NCBI RefSeq assembly: GCF_009914755.1
Contig: NC_060930.1
Source: the human T2T-CHM13v2.0 reference genome, Homo sapiens
Length of the DNA: 64,000 nucleotides
Direction: 5' to 3' (one strand)
Below the pieces are notes generated by a model. It had not been told where the DNA came from, made no database searches, and was given only the letters and a program-made list of their open reading frames with translations. The position numbers and the translations under genes are program-made. Positions 1-32,390 of the stretch are shown here, piece after piece; position 1 is the stretch's first letter; each line of letters starts with the position of its first letter.

Positions 1-46
1 GTGCATTAGTTATCACAGAGCTGGCCAATACTTCCTTCAGGGTTTG

Positions 47-52
<6 letters not shown>

Positions 53-84
<32 letters not shown>
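53..84. repeat. (TA)n microsatellite
   Basis: About 16 TA units. Confidence 0.97.
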
Positions 85-88
<4 letters not shown>

Positions 89-949
89 AGCAAATGGTCA
101 GTGGCAACTGGCCCTTGTGGACCCCACTCCCCACCCCTCCCCTCTACAGCACTCACAGGAGCAGAGGACCAAGGACATACCAGAGTGGAGGCAGCCTGTC
201 AGGGGTGGCCAGCCACCTGCCCCACTCCCTCTGGGGTCTCCTTGCCAAGCTGTCCCCATCCTGTCAAACTGCATGATGGTTGTGCGATGGGACCACGTTG
301 TTCCTGAGTCTATCCCCAGTGCCTAGCAAAGTGCCCAGGGTACAGAAGAGGTCAATGAATTTCTGTCAACCACACGTGAATAAAGCAGGGCAAAGTGTTC
401 CACCATTCTCAAATACATGCTTAAGAAAAGTGAGGCCAGGTGCAGTGGCTCACACCTGTAATCCCAGTATTTTGGGAGGCTGAGGCAGGGGATCTCAAGC
501 CCAGGAGTTCAAGACCAGCCTGGGCAACATGGTGAAACCCCACCTCTACAAAAATAAGCTGGGAGTGGTGGTGTGTGCCTGTAGTCTCAGCTACTCGGGA
601 GGCTGAGGTAGGAGGATTGCTTCAGCCTGGGAGATTGAGGCTTCGTAAGCTGAGATCACACCACTGCACTCCAGCCTGGGCAACAGAGCAAGACCCTGTC
701 TCAGAAAGAAAAAGAAAAGGAGAAAAAAAAGAAAAGGAGCTGTTCTGATAAGAGCACTGGCATGAAGGTGTGGCTAAGAACTCAGCTCAATCAGCAAGCA
801 TTCTGTTTGTGACCTTGTAAGCCTCACCTTCCTTTACTCAGGGTAAATCATGCTACCTGTCCCACAGGGTGGTTGTGAGGATTTAAGGAGACAGTGCACA
901 CACAGCACTGAGTCTATCTGAATCACACTAAGTGCTTAATAAATATTTA

Positions 950-1285
<336 letters not shown>

Positions 1286-1489
1286 CTATTCCCAAGCCAT
1301 GGCAGAGGTAGTTCTGTAGGGGACTTTTATTAGGGGAGTTGTAATGACACTCTCAAGTACACTGAGAAGGACTTTCCCACAGTGCCTCAGGGTAAGTCAC
1401 TCATGGAAGGCACTTCTTAGAGGTCTGTTTGTCCTAAAGGCTGGGAATTTAAGCCCTTTATGTTTCTTCTGTTCTGTTATCTGGCATTA

Positions 1490-1696
<207 letters not shown>

Positions 1697-2509
1697 TCAC
1701 GAGGTCAGGAGATTGAGACCATCCTGGCTAACGCGGTGAAACTCCATCTCTACTAAAAATACAAAAAATTAGCTGGGAGTGGTAGCACACGCCTGTAGTC
1801 CCAGCTACTCAGGAGGCTAAGGCAGGAGAATCACTTGAACCCGGGAGGCGGAGGTGGCAGTGAGTGCCACTGCACTCCAGCCTGGGCAACAGAGCGTCTC
1901 AAAAAAAAAAAAGAAGAGGGAAGGATTAGCCACTAGGGAGGCTTAGGTGGGAGGATCACTTGAGTCTTGGAGGTGGAGGTTGCAGTGAGCTGTGACTGCA
2001 CCACTGTACCATAGCTTGGGCGACAGAGTGAGACTGTGTCTCAAAAATAAATAAATAAATAAATAAATAAAGAGGGAGGGAAGGAGGAAATAAGAAAGCA
2101 AAAAGAATAGAAAATATCAAAGTGTACTGCACAAAGTAAATCAAGTTAAGAGTTTTGTTTCATTACTATGTGTATGTCTAAATACTTATTTACAAATTCA
2201 TACAGGTAAGTTGTATTGCTCTATAAGGTGATTTATAACTGTGGGTCACTGTGGAAAACCATTGCCCTAACAAACACAAAGTGCCTTACTTGCTAATTCC
2301 TGTAGAATGTAAAGTAAAATTTTTGGCAATTTATTCACCATTTAGTTCTATTACACTAAAATAATTTTAGAGGTCCCATGGACTACAAGATTACTATAAG
2401 GTTTACCAATAGAGAGAAATTTGGGTTTGGAGTACTAACAATTACAAATCATAACTATATTAGGAGTGATTTTAGAAAAGGAGACTTTGCTTTAAAATAA
2501 GGTTCCATT

Positions 2510-4285
<1,776 letters not shown>

Positions 4286-5230
4286 TCAAGCCAGACACAG
4301 TCTCTGCTCTCACGGCTCTTACTCTGTGGGTCATCCTTCTGCTGCCAACACTATATGGTAAGGGTGAAGGATGTGCTAAGATGGCTGAAGAAACAAGATT
4401 CTGGGGAGATAAAGCAACTATAATGAAGGGAAAAGAGGAAGAACAGAAGACCTAGCAAGATATGAGTGCACCTAAGGCTTCTCATGCATCTTACAAATAT
4501 CCCAGTATCCCACCAGCATGATGTTTGAGTGCCCAGTTCGGAATCACGCAGGCTTGGTAGTGCTAACTTATCTGAGCCTCATTAAAATGGGAATGTACCT
4601 ATCTGCGATAGTTGTTGAGAGACTTCTTAAGAATCCTCGGCTCACACCACAGTAACTGACACTCAGGAGGTGTTCTGTGCATTTGCACTGCATGAGATGC
4701 CATTTCCATTTTCCAAATGAAAAACAAACCACAGAGACATTTTAGGACTTAAAAAAATAAACGAAAAACCCCAGGAGAACAAAGCTAACCTCTGCCTGGC
4801 ATACGGCTCTTGAACACTGCCCCACTTCTGTGAACAAAAAGATGATTACCAATAAAAACTTTGGCTATGCACCTCCCACATCTGCTGTATTTGGCTACGA
4901 AGTCCTCTCCAACAGAGGTGCCAAATAAGTCTTTACACAGCCCTTTGTTAGACTTTTTGAGGGAGGTTTTTTCCTCTAAGCATTGTACTAAATGTCACTC
5001 ATAAAACAAGTTGTCAACATTGATAGACGCCTGCCTGTGACATGCTGTTAGCATCAGGGCTCCCCACTTTGCCCTCCTGCACTTTCCTTGGGGCAGGGGA
5101 GAGAAGACAGGAGATGGTCTATGTCCTGACTGGATGGTGCCCAGGCTGGGTGTCCTCAAGGGCATCAGGTGGCCTCCCTTGATGGTGCCATGCTGATTTC
5201 ATTCTGATAAATGTAGAGGGAGGCAGCTGA

Positions 5231-5483
<253 letters not shown>

Positions 5484-5777
5484 TAGCCAGGATGGTCTCA
5501 ATCTCCTAACCTCGTGATCCGCCCACCTCAGCCTCCCAAAGTGCTGGGATTACAGGCGTGAGCCTCCGTGCCCGGCCCAGTAAACAACATTTCTAAAGGC
5601 TGACATGGAGCATGCCCCATGCTGCGTCCTCATGTGGACTATCTCAGTGATCCACAACAGCCCAGCGAGGCGGGCAGTGTCACCCCTCATGACGGTGGAG
5701 GAACCTGAGTTTTGGCGATCTGCCCCTCGTCTGACCCCAGATTCTCTGCTTGTTCTTGTATTTTAGCATGCTGGTAG

Positions 5778-6620
5778 TGATATGGGAGGGGGCTATGGAA
5801 GTGCTGGGTAGAGAAGGGCGGGTCCCTGGCTAGGGCTCCACCCTCAGGCCTGTGCCCATGGACCTAGGTGAGGACAGGCACTCCTGCCTTTGCACCCAAA
5901 TGTTGCATTTTCCAAGACCACCCTGGCCTGCCACGCCCCCATTTCTATCCTGTGCCTATAGAAATCCCCGAGACCCTAGCAGGCAGGCACACAAGCAGCT
6001 GGATGTCCAGAGGAGCGGATCAGTGGAAGAAGATACAAGCAACTGGATGTCTACAGAAACACACGGGTGGAGGAACACACAACTGGGTGGATGTCGAGAG
6101 GATGTCGGGAGCACAGCATGATGACAGGTCATTGACCAGCAAAACAATGTGGAGTTTGGCAGGGGCAGTAGGAGGAGGGCCCGGGCCACTAAGCAGCCCA
6201 ACTCCAGGGGAAATTCATTTTCCTTCTGGCTCCCCCATCTGCTGAGAGCTACTTCCACTCAATAAAACCTTGCACTCATTCTCTAAGCCCAGGTGTGATC
6301 CGATTCTTCTGGTACACCAAGGCAAGAACCCAGGATACAGAAAGCCCTCTGTCCTTGCAACAAGGTGGAGGGTCTAATTGAGCTGGTTAATACAAGCTGC
6401 CTATAGACAGGAGCAAAACTAAAAAGGCACCCTGTAACATATGCCCACTGGGGCTTCAGGAGCTGTAAACATCCACCCCTAGACACTGCCATGGGGTCAG
6501 AGCCCCACAGCCTGACTGGTCTGTATGCCCCCTAGAGGTTTGAGCAGTGGGGCACTGAAGAAGCAAGCCACACCCCCATCGCATGCCCTGCAAGGGGACA
6601 ACGGAACTTTTCCCGTTTCA
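5778..6620 (+). mobile_element. Solo ERV1 LTR, LTR1/LTR27/LTR28 group
   Basis: TG...CA termini (tgatatggg...cccgtttca), 4-bp TSD GTAG at 5774-5777 and 6621-6624, and AATAAA at 6261. Subfamily from recall. Confidence 0.82.
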
Positions 6621-6869
6621 GTAGGATGACTCAGAGAAAGTGACAGTGTCTTCCCAATCAGTCCTGATAATCTCACCCCAGTAACAAGGCTGCCCCACTG
6701 GCACCCTGGCACCTTTTAACTTACATGCCTGAGTTTGCTCAGCTGCCTGGTTGAGGTATTAACTCGTTTGTTTTATGGATTAGATGGAATAAGGTACGGA
6801 AGGCACTATTTGTTGAGTAGCTACTGGTAACTGTTAGTGTGCTTCCTTTCTACTTTTTTTTTTTTTTAA

Positions 6870-7001
<132 letters not shown>

Positions 7002-7675
7002 TGATTATCACTGGCTGCATCCTCTAGGTTCCTCCTGTCTTTAATGAAAGTGCTTCAGAAAACATTACATATGGCTGGCTGTGGTGGCTCACACCTGTAA
7101 TCCCGGCACTTTCGGAGGCCAAGGTGGGCAGATTGCTTGAGCCCAGTAGTTGGAGACCAACCTGGGTAACATGGCAAACCCCTGTCATTACAAAAATTAG
7201 CCACTGGGAGGCTGAGGTGAGGGGATTGCTTAAGCCTGGGAGGTCGAGGCGGCAATGAACCAGGACTGTGCCACTGCACTCCAGCCTGAGCCACAGAATG
7301 AGATCCCATCTCAAAAAAAAAAAAAAAAAAAAAAACAAAAAACAGGAAAAAGAAAAAAAGAAAAGAAAAGAAAAAGAAGAAAACAGTACATACACCCCAC
7401 CCTACTCCAGTCACCATATATATCTTAGAAGAAACAGAAGATTCAGCGGCAGAGGATAAGAGAATATTCACCCTGAATTAAGACTAGTACTTTTTTGAAA
7501 AATTAACATAAGTATAATTTCATAAAACAGATGGATTGTTCTAAAGTCCCCAGGGTTGGCTGGGCACAGTGGCTCAAGGATGTAATCCCAGTATTTTGGG
7601 AGGCCAGGGCGGGTGGATCTCCTGAGGTCAGGAGTTCGAGATCAGCCTAGCCAACATGGTGAAACCCCATCTCTA

Positions 7676-7891
<216 letters not shown>

Positions 7892-8049
7892 TTACTGGCA
7901 CATACATCAGCTTATACAAATTTATTTTTTATTTTTTGGCATGGGATCTCAGTCTGTTGCCCAAGCTGGAGTGCAGAGGCAGGATCATTGCAGCCTCAAC
8001 CTCCCAGGATCAGGTGATCCTCCCACCTCAGTTTTTGTATTTTATGTAG

Positions 8050-8543
<494 letters not shown>

Positions 8544-8954
8544 CTATCTACTAAAAAGTACAGTAAATACACGTGACCATTTTTGTATATGTAGACTGGG
8601 CAAGTCATATGAGAAATACGCCAATGCATTTTTGGTTTTGATCCTTTTTCCCTAAACAAGTCAGAGTCCCTGGGTGATACCTGAAGCTCCAGCCAGACAA
8701 AACTTACTCCCGGGAGACAGAGTGAGACCCTGTCTCAAAAAAAAAAAAAATAAATAAAGGAGAATATACCCTTTCCTTTGTGTCCCCAAGCATATGAAGA
8801 TGCTGCCTTCTCTATGATCCTGTTACAATAAAAATGTGTTGAGTGAAAGGGTGAAGTGTGACATCATTTGTGCAGCAAGGCAACAGAATTATCTTGGACT
8901 GTCCACAAAGGCTACAACCTGATGTACACATGGACACAACTTGTTGGGAGAGCT

Positions 8955-9763
8955 TGCTGCTCCCTGTTTATAACAATAGCCACAATACTCCCTCCCACCT
9001 TTGTGTGAATGCCTCTTTGCAAGGTGATTTTATGCTTCTATCAACAGGAGACAGAGTCTACTTTTCCACTTTCGGGTGTAGTTTTGGATATGTGACTTGC
9101 TTTGGCCAACAGGACACTAGCACATGTGATGCAAGCAGAAGCTTGACAAGCCTGCCCTCTCTTGCCCCTAGGAATTCCTGCACTGTCATGTGAGTAAGCC
9201 TGGACTAGCTCCCTCCAGGGGGATAATGTACGTAAAGGGAAGCTCCAATCATCCCAGCCACTCATTCCAGGTGAGGACCCAGATACGTGAGTGAGGTTAT
9301 TCCAGACTACCCAGCCCTGAATGTGTCAGGCCAAATCAGAACCACCAGCTGGTCCAGAGAATCATGAAAAAATAAAATAGTGGTTGCTTTTTATTTTTTT
9401 TGATATGAAGTCTCAGTAGTCTCGCTCTGTCACCCAGGCTGGAGTGTAGTGGTGTGATCTTGGCTCACTACAACTTCTACCTCCTGGGTTCAAGCGATTC
9501 TCCTGCCTCAGCCTCCTGAGTAGCTGGGATTACAGGCACACGCCACCACACCGGGCTAATTTTTGTATTTTTAACAGACACGAGGTTTGTTGGCTAGGCT
9601 GGTCTGGAACTCCTGACCTCAGGTGATCCGCTTGCCTCAGCCTCCCAAAGTGCTGGGATTACAGGCGTGAGCAACCGCGCCCAGCCTAGTGGTTGCTTTA
9701 AACTACTAGGTTCTGGAGTGGTTCTGTGCTATGTAACACAACACAGCACAAGTGAACTGATAC
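8955..9763 (+). mobile_element. MLT1-type MaLR LTR interrupted by an Alu
   Basis: tgtgacttgctttggccaa..gtgatgcaagcagaagcttga, ending aactgataca; boundaries approximate. Confidence 0.65.
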
Positions 9764-10936
9764 ACTAAACTTTGTCTTTCATTTCCCGAATTCTGGCTTT
9801 ACTTGAAAACTTGAAGTGAGTTTGCAGAACTGATCACAAACAGAAATGTAATATGACACAGAGAAAAATATTTTTGGGAGTTCCTTTAGGAAATTAACAT
9901 ACTGCTTGTCAAACTTCTGATCACTTCCAGCATAACCCTCTAGGAATCTAACCTACAGAAACACTCATACAGTCACTGGGTTGATGTATGGGGATGTTTT
10001 CCCGGCATTACTTGTAATAATATAAAATTGGAAAACATCTAAATATCAATCACAAAGGAAAAGGATAATAAAATATGGTTAAGCTATTCCACTAACTGTC
10101 TTGTAGCTTTCATCTGCCACAGCAGATCACAGATCAGATCTGTGGGTTTTCATCTAGTTATTACTCACTGCACTAGAAACTGCCATCCAGGCGTGAAACT
10201 TTTGCCCAGATCACAAGGTATGCGGCAAGTGGCAGGGTTAGGCAGCAGCAGTCGAGGGTGGAATATTTCTAATTATTCGTTTATTAAAAATTATCGGCCA
10301 GGCACGGTGGCTCATGCCTGTAATCCCGGCACTTTGGGAGGCTGAGGCGGGAGGAATGCTTGAGCCCAGGAGTCCCAGACCAGCCTGGGCAACATGGCCA
10401 AACCCCATCTCTACAAAAGAAAAACAACAACCCCCAAAAACAAAATTACCCAGGTGTGGTGGTGCGTGCCTGCAGTCCCAGATATTTAGGAGGCTGAGGT
10501 GGGAAGATCCACTGAGCCCAGGGGGTTGAGGCTGCAGTGAGCTGTGGTCACACTACTGCACTCACCCTGGGTGACAGAGCAAGACTGTATCTCAAAAAAA
10601 AGAAAACAATACTCATAGGTATTAAAAAAAAAAAGTCAACATTTTTTTCTGGACATTACAGATTTTTAAATAATGTCTCGTTCAAGTATGAATTATGATA
10701 CTCAAAAAGTAGAAGCAACCCAAAATATCTGTCAACTGATGAATGGATAAACAAAATGTGGTGAGGCTGGGCTCCATGGCTCACGCCTGTAATCCCAACA
10801 CTCTGGGAGGCCGAGGTGGGAGATTCCTTGAGGCTAGGAGTTTGAGACCAGACTTGGCAACACAGCGAGACCCTATCTTGAAAAAGAAAAAGCATCTCTA
10901 CAATGGAATATTATTTGGCCATGAAAGAAGATGAAG

Positions 10937-23169
<12,233 letters not shown>

Positions 23170-23972
23170 AAAGAAATGAAGTACTGATACATAGATGATG
23201 AACCTTGAAAACATTATGCTAAGAAGCCAGACACATATGGCCATAGAACATATGATTACATTACATGAAATGCCTAGAATTGGCCGGGCATAGTGACTCA
23301 CGCCTGTAATCCCAGCAATCTGGAAGGCCGAGGCGAGTGAATTACGTGAGGTCAGGAGTTTGAGACCAGCCTGGCCAACATAGTGAAACCCTGTCTCTAC
23401 TAAAAATACAAAAATTAGCCAGGCGTGGTGGTGCCCACCTGTAATCCCAGCTACTCGGGAGGATGAGGCAGGAGAATCGCTTGAACAAGGAGACAGAGGC
23501 TGCAGTGAGCTGAGCTCATGACACTGCACTCCAAGCCTGGGCCACACAGCGAGACTCCATCCATCCATCAATCAATCAATCAATTAAAAATAAAAATGAA
23601 ATGCCCACAATAGGCAAATCCTTAGAAAGTACATTAGTGATTGTCAGTAGCTGGAAAAGTAGGGAATGAGGAGCTACTGCTAATGGGCAGGGACTCTTTG
23701 TAAGGTTATAAAAATGTCCTAAAATAGCATAACTCTGGGAATATACTAAAAACCATTAAACTAGGGCTGAGCGCGGTGACTCATGCTTGTAATCCCAGCA
23801 CTTTGGGAGGCCAAGACAGGCAGACCACTTGAGGTCTGGAGTTTGAGACCAGCCTGGACCAACACTGCAGATGTTGCAGTGAGCTGAGATTGCGCCACTG
23901 CATTCCAGCCTGGGCGACAGAGCGAGACCCTGTCTCAGACAAAAACAAACAAACAAACAAACAAAAACATTA

Positions 23973-24354
<382 letters not shown>

Positions 24355-24581
24355 TTAGAGAAACAAGTTGTTTAAAAAAGAAAAGCCATTCAGACCAGAA
24401 TAAAGAGTTAGAAAAAAAAAACCCTGAATAAATAAAATAGTAAATAAAAGTATCACTCATGGCCAGGCACAGTGGCTCACACCTGTAATCCCAGCACTTT
24501 GGGAGGCCAAGGCAGGCAGATCACCTGAGGTCGGGAGTTCAAGACCAGCTTGGCCAACATGGAGAAACCCTGTATCTACTA

Positions 24582-24740
<159 letters not shown>

Positions 24741-24956
24741 TCAAAAAAAAAAAAAAAAAAAAAAAAAAACCCCAACAAACCTATCACTCAATGTTCCATG
24801 ATGTGGAATGTAGGTCCTCACTATAAACATGTATATTTAAATCTTGGTTAAAATCTTAGTCTCATCATTATGCAAATTAAAGCCTAACCAAATCCCTAAA
24901 ATGTGTAACTTCCTAATTTGTTTGGATCTGCCCTAACATCCAACAGGGGAGAGTTA

Positions 24957-25100
<144 letters not shown>

Positions 25101-25504
25101 TTAAATAAGTGAATGATAGATTTAATTTAGGAAAAGACCTGACCTCCAGCTAATGCCCCACTTTTGCAAGAATCAGCTACTATGTCAAGTGTGGTAGGCT
25201 TACGTTAACCGTCCTCACTATCAGCAAGCTCCTGCTTTCCCCCACAAAGCACAGCAAAATAACGCAAAAGCAGCTGCAATGTGAAGGCTCCCTTTACCCA
25301 CCAGGAATCCCAACACAAACAAGAATTCCAGTTAAAGACAGACACTTTCGAGAAACTGAAGCCAGAGATGGGATAGCTTAAATGAAACCTTCCCATGCCC
25401 AAGGGTTCAGCAGTTGCCAGGATGCCCAAAACAAGAGGGAGATTCAGCATGGAATCAGAGAGGGTTAGAGCCCAAGCAAAGAGTGACAGCAGCTAGGCCC
25501 TCAC

Positions 25505-25707
25505 CTCGGGGATCAGCCGCCTCCTCTTCACGCCGGGGACAGAGTCTAGCAGGCCATCGCTGACCAGCTGCTTTCGTTTGCTGGAGTCCTGCAGGGCAGT
25601 GAGGACGCTGTCCACAGAGTGCTTCTCAGAAGTCCTGGAATTCACGGAGCAGTCCAGAGCAGCATCTTCAGCCTCTGTCTCCACTTTCACAGTGATACTT
25701 TTTAGAA
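25505..25707 (-). CDS. BEND3: BEND3 second coding exon (residues 13-80: VLKSITVKVETEAEDAALDCSVNSRTSEKHSVDSVLTALQDSSKRKQLVSDGLLDSVPGVKRRRLIPE)
   Basis: Acceptor ttctctgacacag|TT and donor GAG|gtgagg. 37+203=240 nt gives exactly 80 codons, phase-compatible with the previous exon. Contains SUMO consensus VKVE (K20) and basic clusters KRK (56-58) and KRRR (73-76). The downstream exon is outside the window. Confidence 0.95.
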
Positions 25708-26202
25708 CTGTGTCAGAGAAGAAATAGGGCTCAGTGGGAAAAACCAGGGCTGCTCAGAGATCAGCAGGGTTCTCTGAGCAGCAGGGTGTCTGTGGGCCGC
25801 CCTTTGACACCAGTGCTGAGATAATGATGTCTAGTTGTAACAAACCTGAGCTTTCCAACCATGCAATCTTTATCTCACCGCACTAGTGCTGTACAATAAA
25901 GCCATGTTCCAAGAGCATTTAGTTCAAATTGGTTTAAACATCTTTTTTTGGGGGGGAAGACAGTGGAAGGAGAGACATAAAATATTATCTTTTTGTGCTT
26001 TAAAAAAGTAATTTTTAAAAAGTGACACAAGGTGCTTATAACAAGTGTGTGGGTGGAGGGGGATGGGAACCGGGGAACAAGTGTGTGGGTGGAGGGGACT
26101 TTTCACTATATAACTTTGTATATTTTTGGACCATGTGAATGTATGACCTGATCAAAAGTATTCAGTTAAAAACATTTTTCAAAAAGGGCATTTTTTTTTT
26201 AC

Positions 26203-26239
26203 CTTCTTCTACATCTTCGGTGAATTCAGTTGAGTTCAT
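26203..26239 (-). CDS. BEND3: BEND3 first coding segment (codons 1-12 plus 1 nt, MNSTEFTEDVEE), within 48-nt exon 26203-26250
   Basis: Minus strand reads ttttatttag|CGGAATAGAAG ATG AAC TCA ACT GAA TTC ACC GAA GAT GTA GAA GAA G|gtaaaa. An in-frame TAG at -6 and A at -3 support this ATG as the start. The peptide matches my recall of the human BEND3 N-terminus. Confidence 0.93.
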
Positions 26240-26671
26240 CTTCTATTCCGCTAAATAAAAAGACAAAGACAATGTGTTGACTTATTGCTTGATTTATTTC
26301 TTAATTTTCTCTACCCACAGAAAATCCTCTTACCCTCCCAACCCCAGCTCTAGGTAACAGAGCAGCACAGCACTGTGGAAGCTATGTGTCCTCCTAATCT
26401 TGTCTGCAGACACTCAGGAGCAGCCAGGCCTTGTGCATCCCTGCTGGGAGCTCTTCTCCAAGACTTTATGTGAGCAGAATGTGTCTTACAGCATCCACTG
26501 ATAGCCACTTACTGAGCCATGGGAACATTACAAGAACAAATCAACTCTTAAAAAAGACCCCAATTTTAATTATCTCTTTTAAGTCCATGCTTATAAATTC
26601 CAGCCACAAAACAAATAGGCTGAAGGATGGGGGCCATGGATCCTGAAATCTTAGGACTTACGGTTGTCAAG

Positions 26672-27324
<653 letters not shown>

Positions 27325-27955
27325 TGATTCTCCTGCCTCTGCCTCCCGAGTAGCTGGGACTACAGGCATAAGCCACCACTCCCGGCTAATTTTTTGTATT
27401 TTTAGTAGAGACAGGGTTTCATCGTGTTAGCCAGGATGGTCTCGATCTCCTGACCTCATGATCCGCCCACCTCAGCCTCCCAAAGTGCTGGGATTAGAGG
27501 TGTGAGCCATTGTGCCCAGCCTAAGCTTCATTAGAAAGGTGGGCAGTGCTCTGTTCCAGGCTGCAGGGTCTGAAGCAAAACCTGCCTGCCTCAGCTGGAA
27601 TGGAACTGACACCATGAGGCAAAGCACCACTAAAACAAAACAAACAAAATTACCACTAAGTCTCTGATATCTCCGAATACCATGACAGCATGTACATAAA
27701 TAGTACAAGATACAAAGGTAGTAACATTTGGAGAATATACATTGCAATCTTTAATGTTGACACTTGGGAGTTGTGATCCCCACAACTGATTAAGCTGACT
27801 ACAAACACAGAGTTCTCATTTTGGTTGAGGATGAGTGGAGAGCAGGACCAAGAAGTATCTCTTAAGAAATTTCTGGCCGGGAATGGTGGCTCGTGCCTGT
27901 AATCCCAGCACTTTGGGAGGCTGGGGTGGGCGAATCACCTGGGGTCAGAAGTTCA

Positions 27956-28648
<693 letters not shown>

Positions 28649-30542
28649 AAGGAACTACACCTCACTTTGGATCGCCATCATCTGAGCTGGGTGTCTCTGA
28701 GTGGCTAGAAGGGCTGGACAATGCCAGGCAGAAATTCAAGACCGGATTCCCAGCCTGGTAGGAGGCCTCTCAAGGAAACACACTGCAGGTCACCTGAATG
28801 CCCCTGCCCTTGGAAACTGCCATGGTCACATAACCCATTCCTGCCAATCAAGGGGAGTTCTGAGATGCAGAACAGATGGGGCAAAACGATGGCTGTCAGA
28901 GGCGGACATACTTTACAAAACAAATTACATTTGGCAGAGAAAAGGCAGAGAGGGAGGAGACAGCGGTTGGTTTATTTGGGGAGGAAAAGGGTCATGGTGA
29001 AAGAAAAATTGCAAAGAGTCAAAGATTCTGGTAAGTGGAAAGCACTAAAAGGATGGGCAAATACTAGAACAAAACAAAACAGGCGTCGATGAGAGAACAC
29101 AGCAGACAGGGCCATGGGTGGTGAGAAGGGCAGTCTATTTATCTGCCATTATATTCGCCCAACCATGTGTCTCTGGCAGGCCCATCACATAGGGAGCAGT
29201 GCAGGGCTGGAGTCCAGGCTGCCACATGGAGCCTGCCGGGAATGTGGCTTGGTGAGCAGAAAACCTATTTGCTGTTTTTTTATTTTTCCTTGTTTCCAGT
29301 GGGGTTGGAAGGAGGCTATTTTCTGAACCACCACCATGTGACCCTACAGCAGGCAATTTGGCCTCTGAATTTTGAGCCCCTATAAAGTGATGAAGGAAGA
29401 GCACACATCTCAGCCACCTGCAGTGGGCAGAAACCCCAGAGGGCTCATGCAGCTGAGGTGGGAGGAAGGGGTGCTGGTGCGGCTGCCTGGGCATTCAAGA
29501 CACCGAGTGCTTGTGCTTTGGAAAACACTTCCGTGTCCATTTATAGACTAGTGACAGATGCTAGGTTAGCCCAGAAGTAGCCCAGAACACAGCATGGTGG
29601 GCCCCTTCCCTCCGGGCCAGCAAATCAGCTTCACTCATTAAGAAGCTGGGGAATCTCCCATTTGCAAGGCCTGGAAACCTCGCGCCTGCCCCTGGCTTGC
29701 GCAGTGGGGAGTGAGGTGAGCATCCCCTGTAACATCTGCAGCCCACCAACTTCACACCAGGCACTGGGCTGGCCACTGCATGTGTGCCTGTGCCTCACCC
29801 TGAGCTATTTTAGTTCCAATTTCAACAAATAGAGAAACCCAGGACAGGTAACTCCTCCAGTGTCACATCACTGAGTGGCAGAACCTGGCTTCAAATCGAG
29901 TCTTTCTGTGCCTTCCCTCAGCCAGCCAGGGAGGAAATAATAGAGTCTTCATTCTTTTGTTAAGCTTCTTCTGATGAACCATGGGCCTGTTTCCAAATTT
30001 GAGTCCCTCTGTCCAACAGCACCAGGAAACCACATCTCCTTCTGCCTCCATTAGCACTCTGGAAAGTCAGTCTGCTCCGTGCGTAGAAACAGACTCCACC
30101 CCACAATACAGAAAAGCTTCTACAAGAGGGATGTGTAGGCCACTCCCTGCATCCCCAGCTGGCGCAGGGACAGCACACCAACAATGTCACAGCTGGGCAG
30201 AAAGGGGATGGGGAGCACACTGCTACCTCCATTTCCTGGTCACCTGCCCAGATGAGGGTCACAAGCTCTGCTCCTCCTGGGTGGACACCCAGCACCCAGA
30301 TGCCTAGCATGCCACAGACATTCCTCTCGCCTACCTGACTATAGGCTACGTAGGCGCTGCCACAACTACCCAACCACCACAGCACCCACCTCCTAAAGGC
30401 TGCTGTGAGCATTCCCTTTGCCTCCTGGACTCTGGAGAACTTCTCATTCTGACATTCTCTCATTTTCAAAATGTTCTCATGCCTCCCACCATAAACCTCA
30501 AATTATGGGACAGTCAACACATCCACACGTTCCCCAAAATCA

Positions 30543-30875
<333 letters not shown>

Positions 30876-31047
30876 CTAGGCAACAAGAGCGAAACTCCGT
30901 CTCAAAAAAAAAAAAAAGAAAGAAAGAAAGAAAGAAAGAAAAAACAAAGAAAAAAGAGAAGGCCGGGCGTGGTGGCTCACACCTGTAACCCCAGCACTTT
31001 GGAGGCGGGCAGATCACGAGGTCAGGAGATGGAGACCATCCTGGCTA

Positions 31048-31294
<247 letters not shown>

Positions 31295-31385
31295 TTACAC
31301 ACTACAGGACACTTCATCTTTTTAGTGTTCATTTTAAGAGGGAAGATACATAATGTGGCTTTTCCCCATTTTTTACCAGGTAATA

Positions 31386-31976
31386 TAGTCATGCCTTAGT
31401 ATCCTCAGGGGGTTGGTTCCAAGACTCCCAGTGACACCCAAATCCACAGATGTTCAAGTCCCTGATAAAAAATAGCATAATATTTGCATGTAACCTGTGT
31501 ACATCCTCCTGTATACTTTAAATCACCTCCAGATTACTTATAATAATACAATGTAAGTGGTATATAAATAGTGGTTATAGTGTATAGTTTTTTCGTGGTG
31601 TAATTTTTTACTGGTTTTTCTTTTGGATTTTTTTTTTTTTTAAGATGGGTTCTGTCACCCAGGCTGCAGTGCAGTGGTATGATCGTGTCTTACTGCAGCC
31701 TTAACCTCCTGGACTCAAGCCATCCTCCCACCTCAGCCTCCCAAGCAGCTGGGACCACAGGCATGCGCCACCACATACAGCTAGTTTTTTATTTTGTAGA
31801 GACGGGCCTCCCTACGTTGCCCAAGCTGGTCTCAAACTCTGGGGCTCAAGCAATCCACCCACCTCGACCTCCCAAAGTGCTGGGATTAGAGGTGTGAGCC
31901 ACTGTGTCCAGCTCCAGCTTCTGGAATATTTTCTACCTGCAGTTGGATGAACCTGCAGATGTGGCGGGGCTGACTG
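31386..31976. mobile_element. MER2-like (TcMar-Tigger) DNA transposon relic interrupted by an Alu
   Basis: Termini agtc...gactg flanked by TA. Internal ggttccaagactccc and tatttgcatgtaacct..tactttaaatca match the recalled MER2 consensus. Confidence 0.75.
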
Positions 31977-32102
31977 TACATGCACACAGAACAAAAATCA
32001 GCAAGCATGAAAGGATATTTGGTTAAAAAGTCCACTGTTGGCTGGGCGCAGTGGCTCACACCCGTAATCCCAGCATTTTGGGAGGCCAAGCCAGGTGGAT
32101 CA

Positions 32103-32390
<288 letters not shown>

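Noticed and set aside
25493-25690. ORF-track 65-aa ORF ending ...IPEVRA as a standalone protein
   Set aside because: It is the BEND3 internal exon read past its donor; the true boundaries are 25505-25707.
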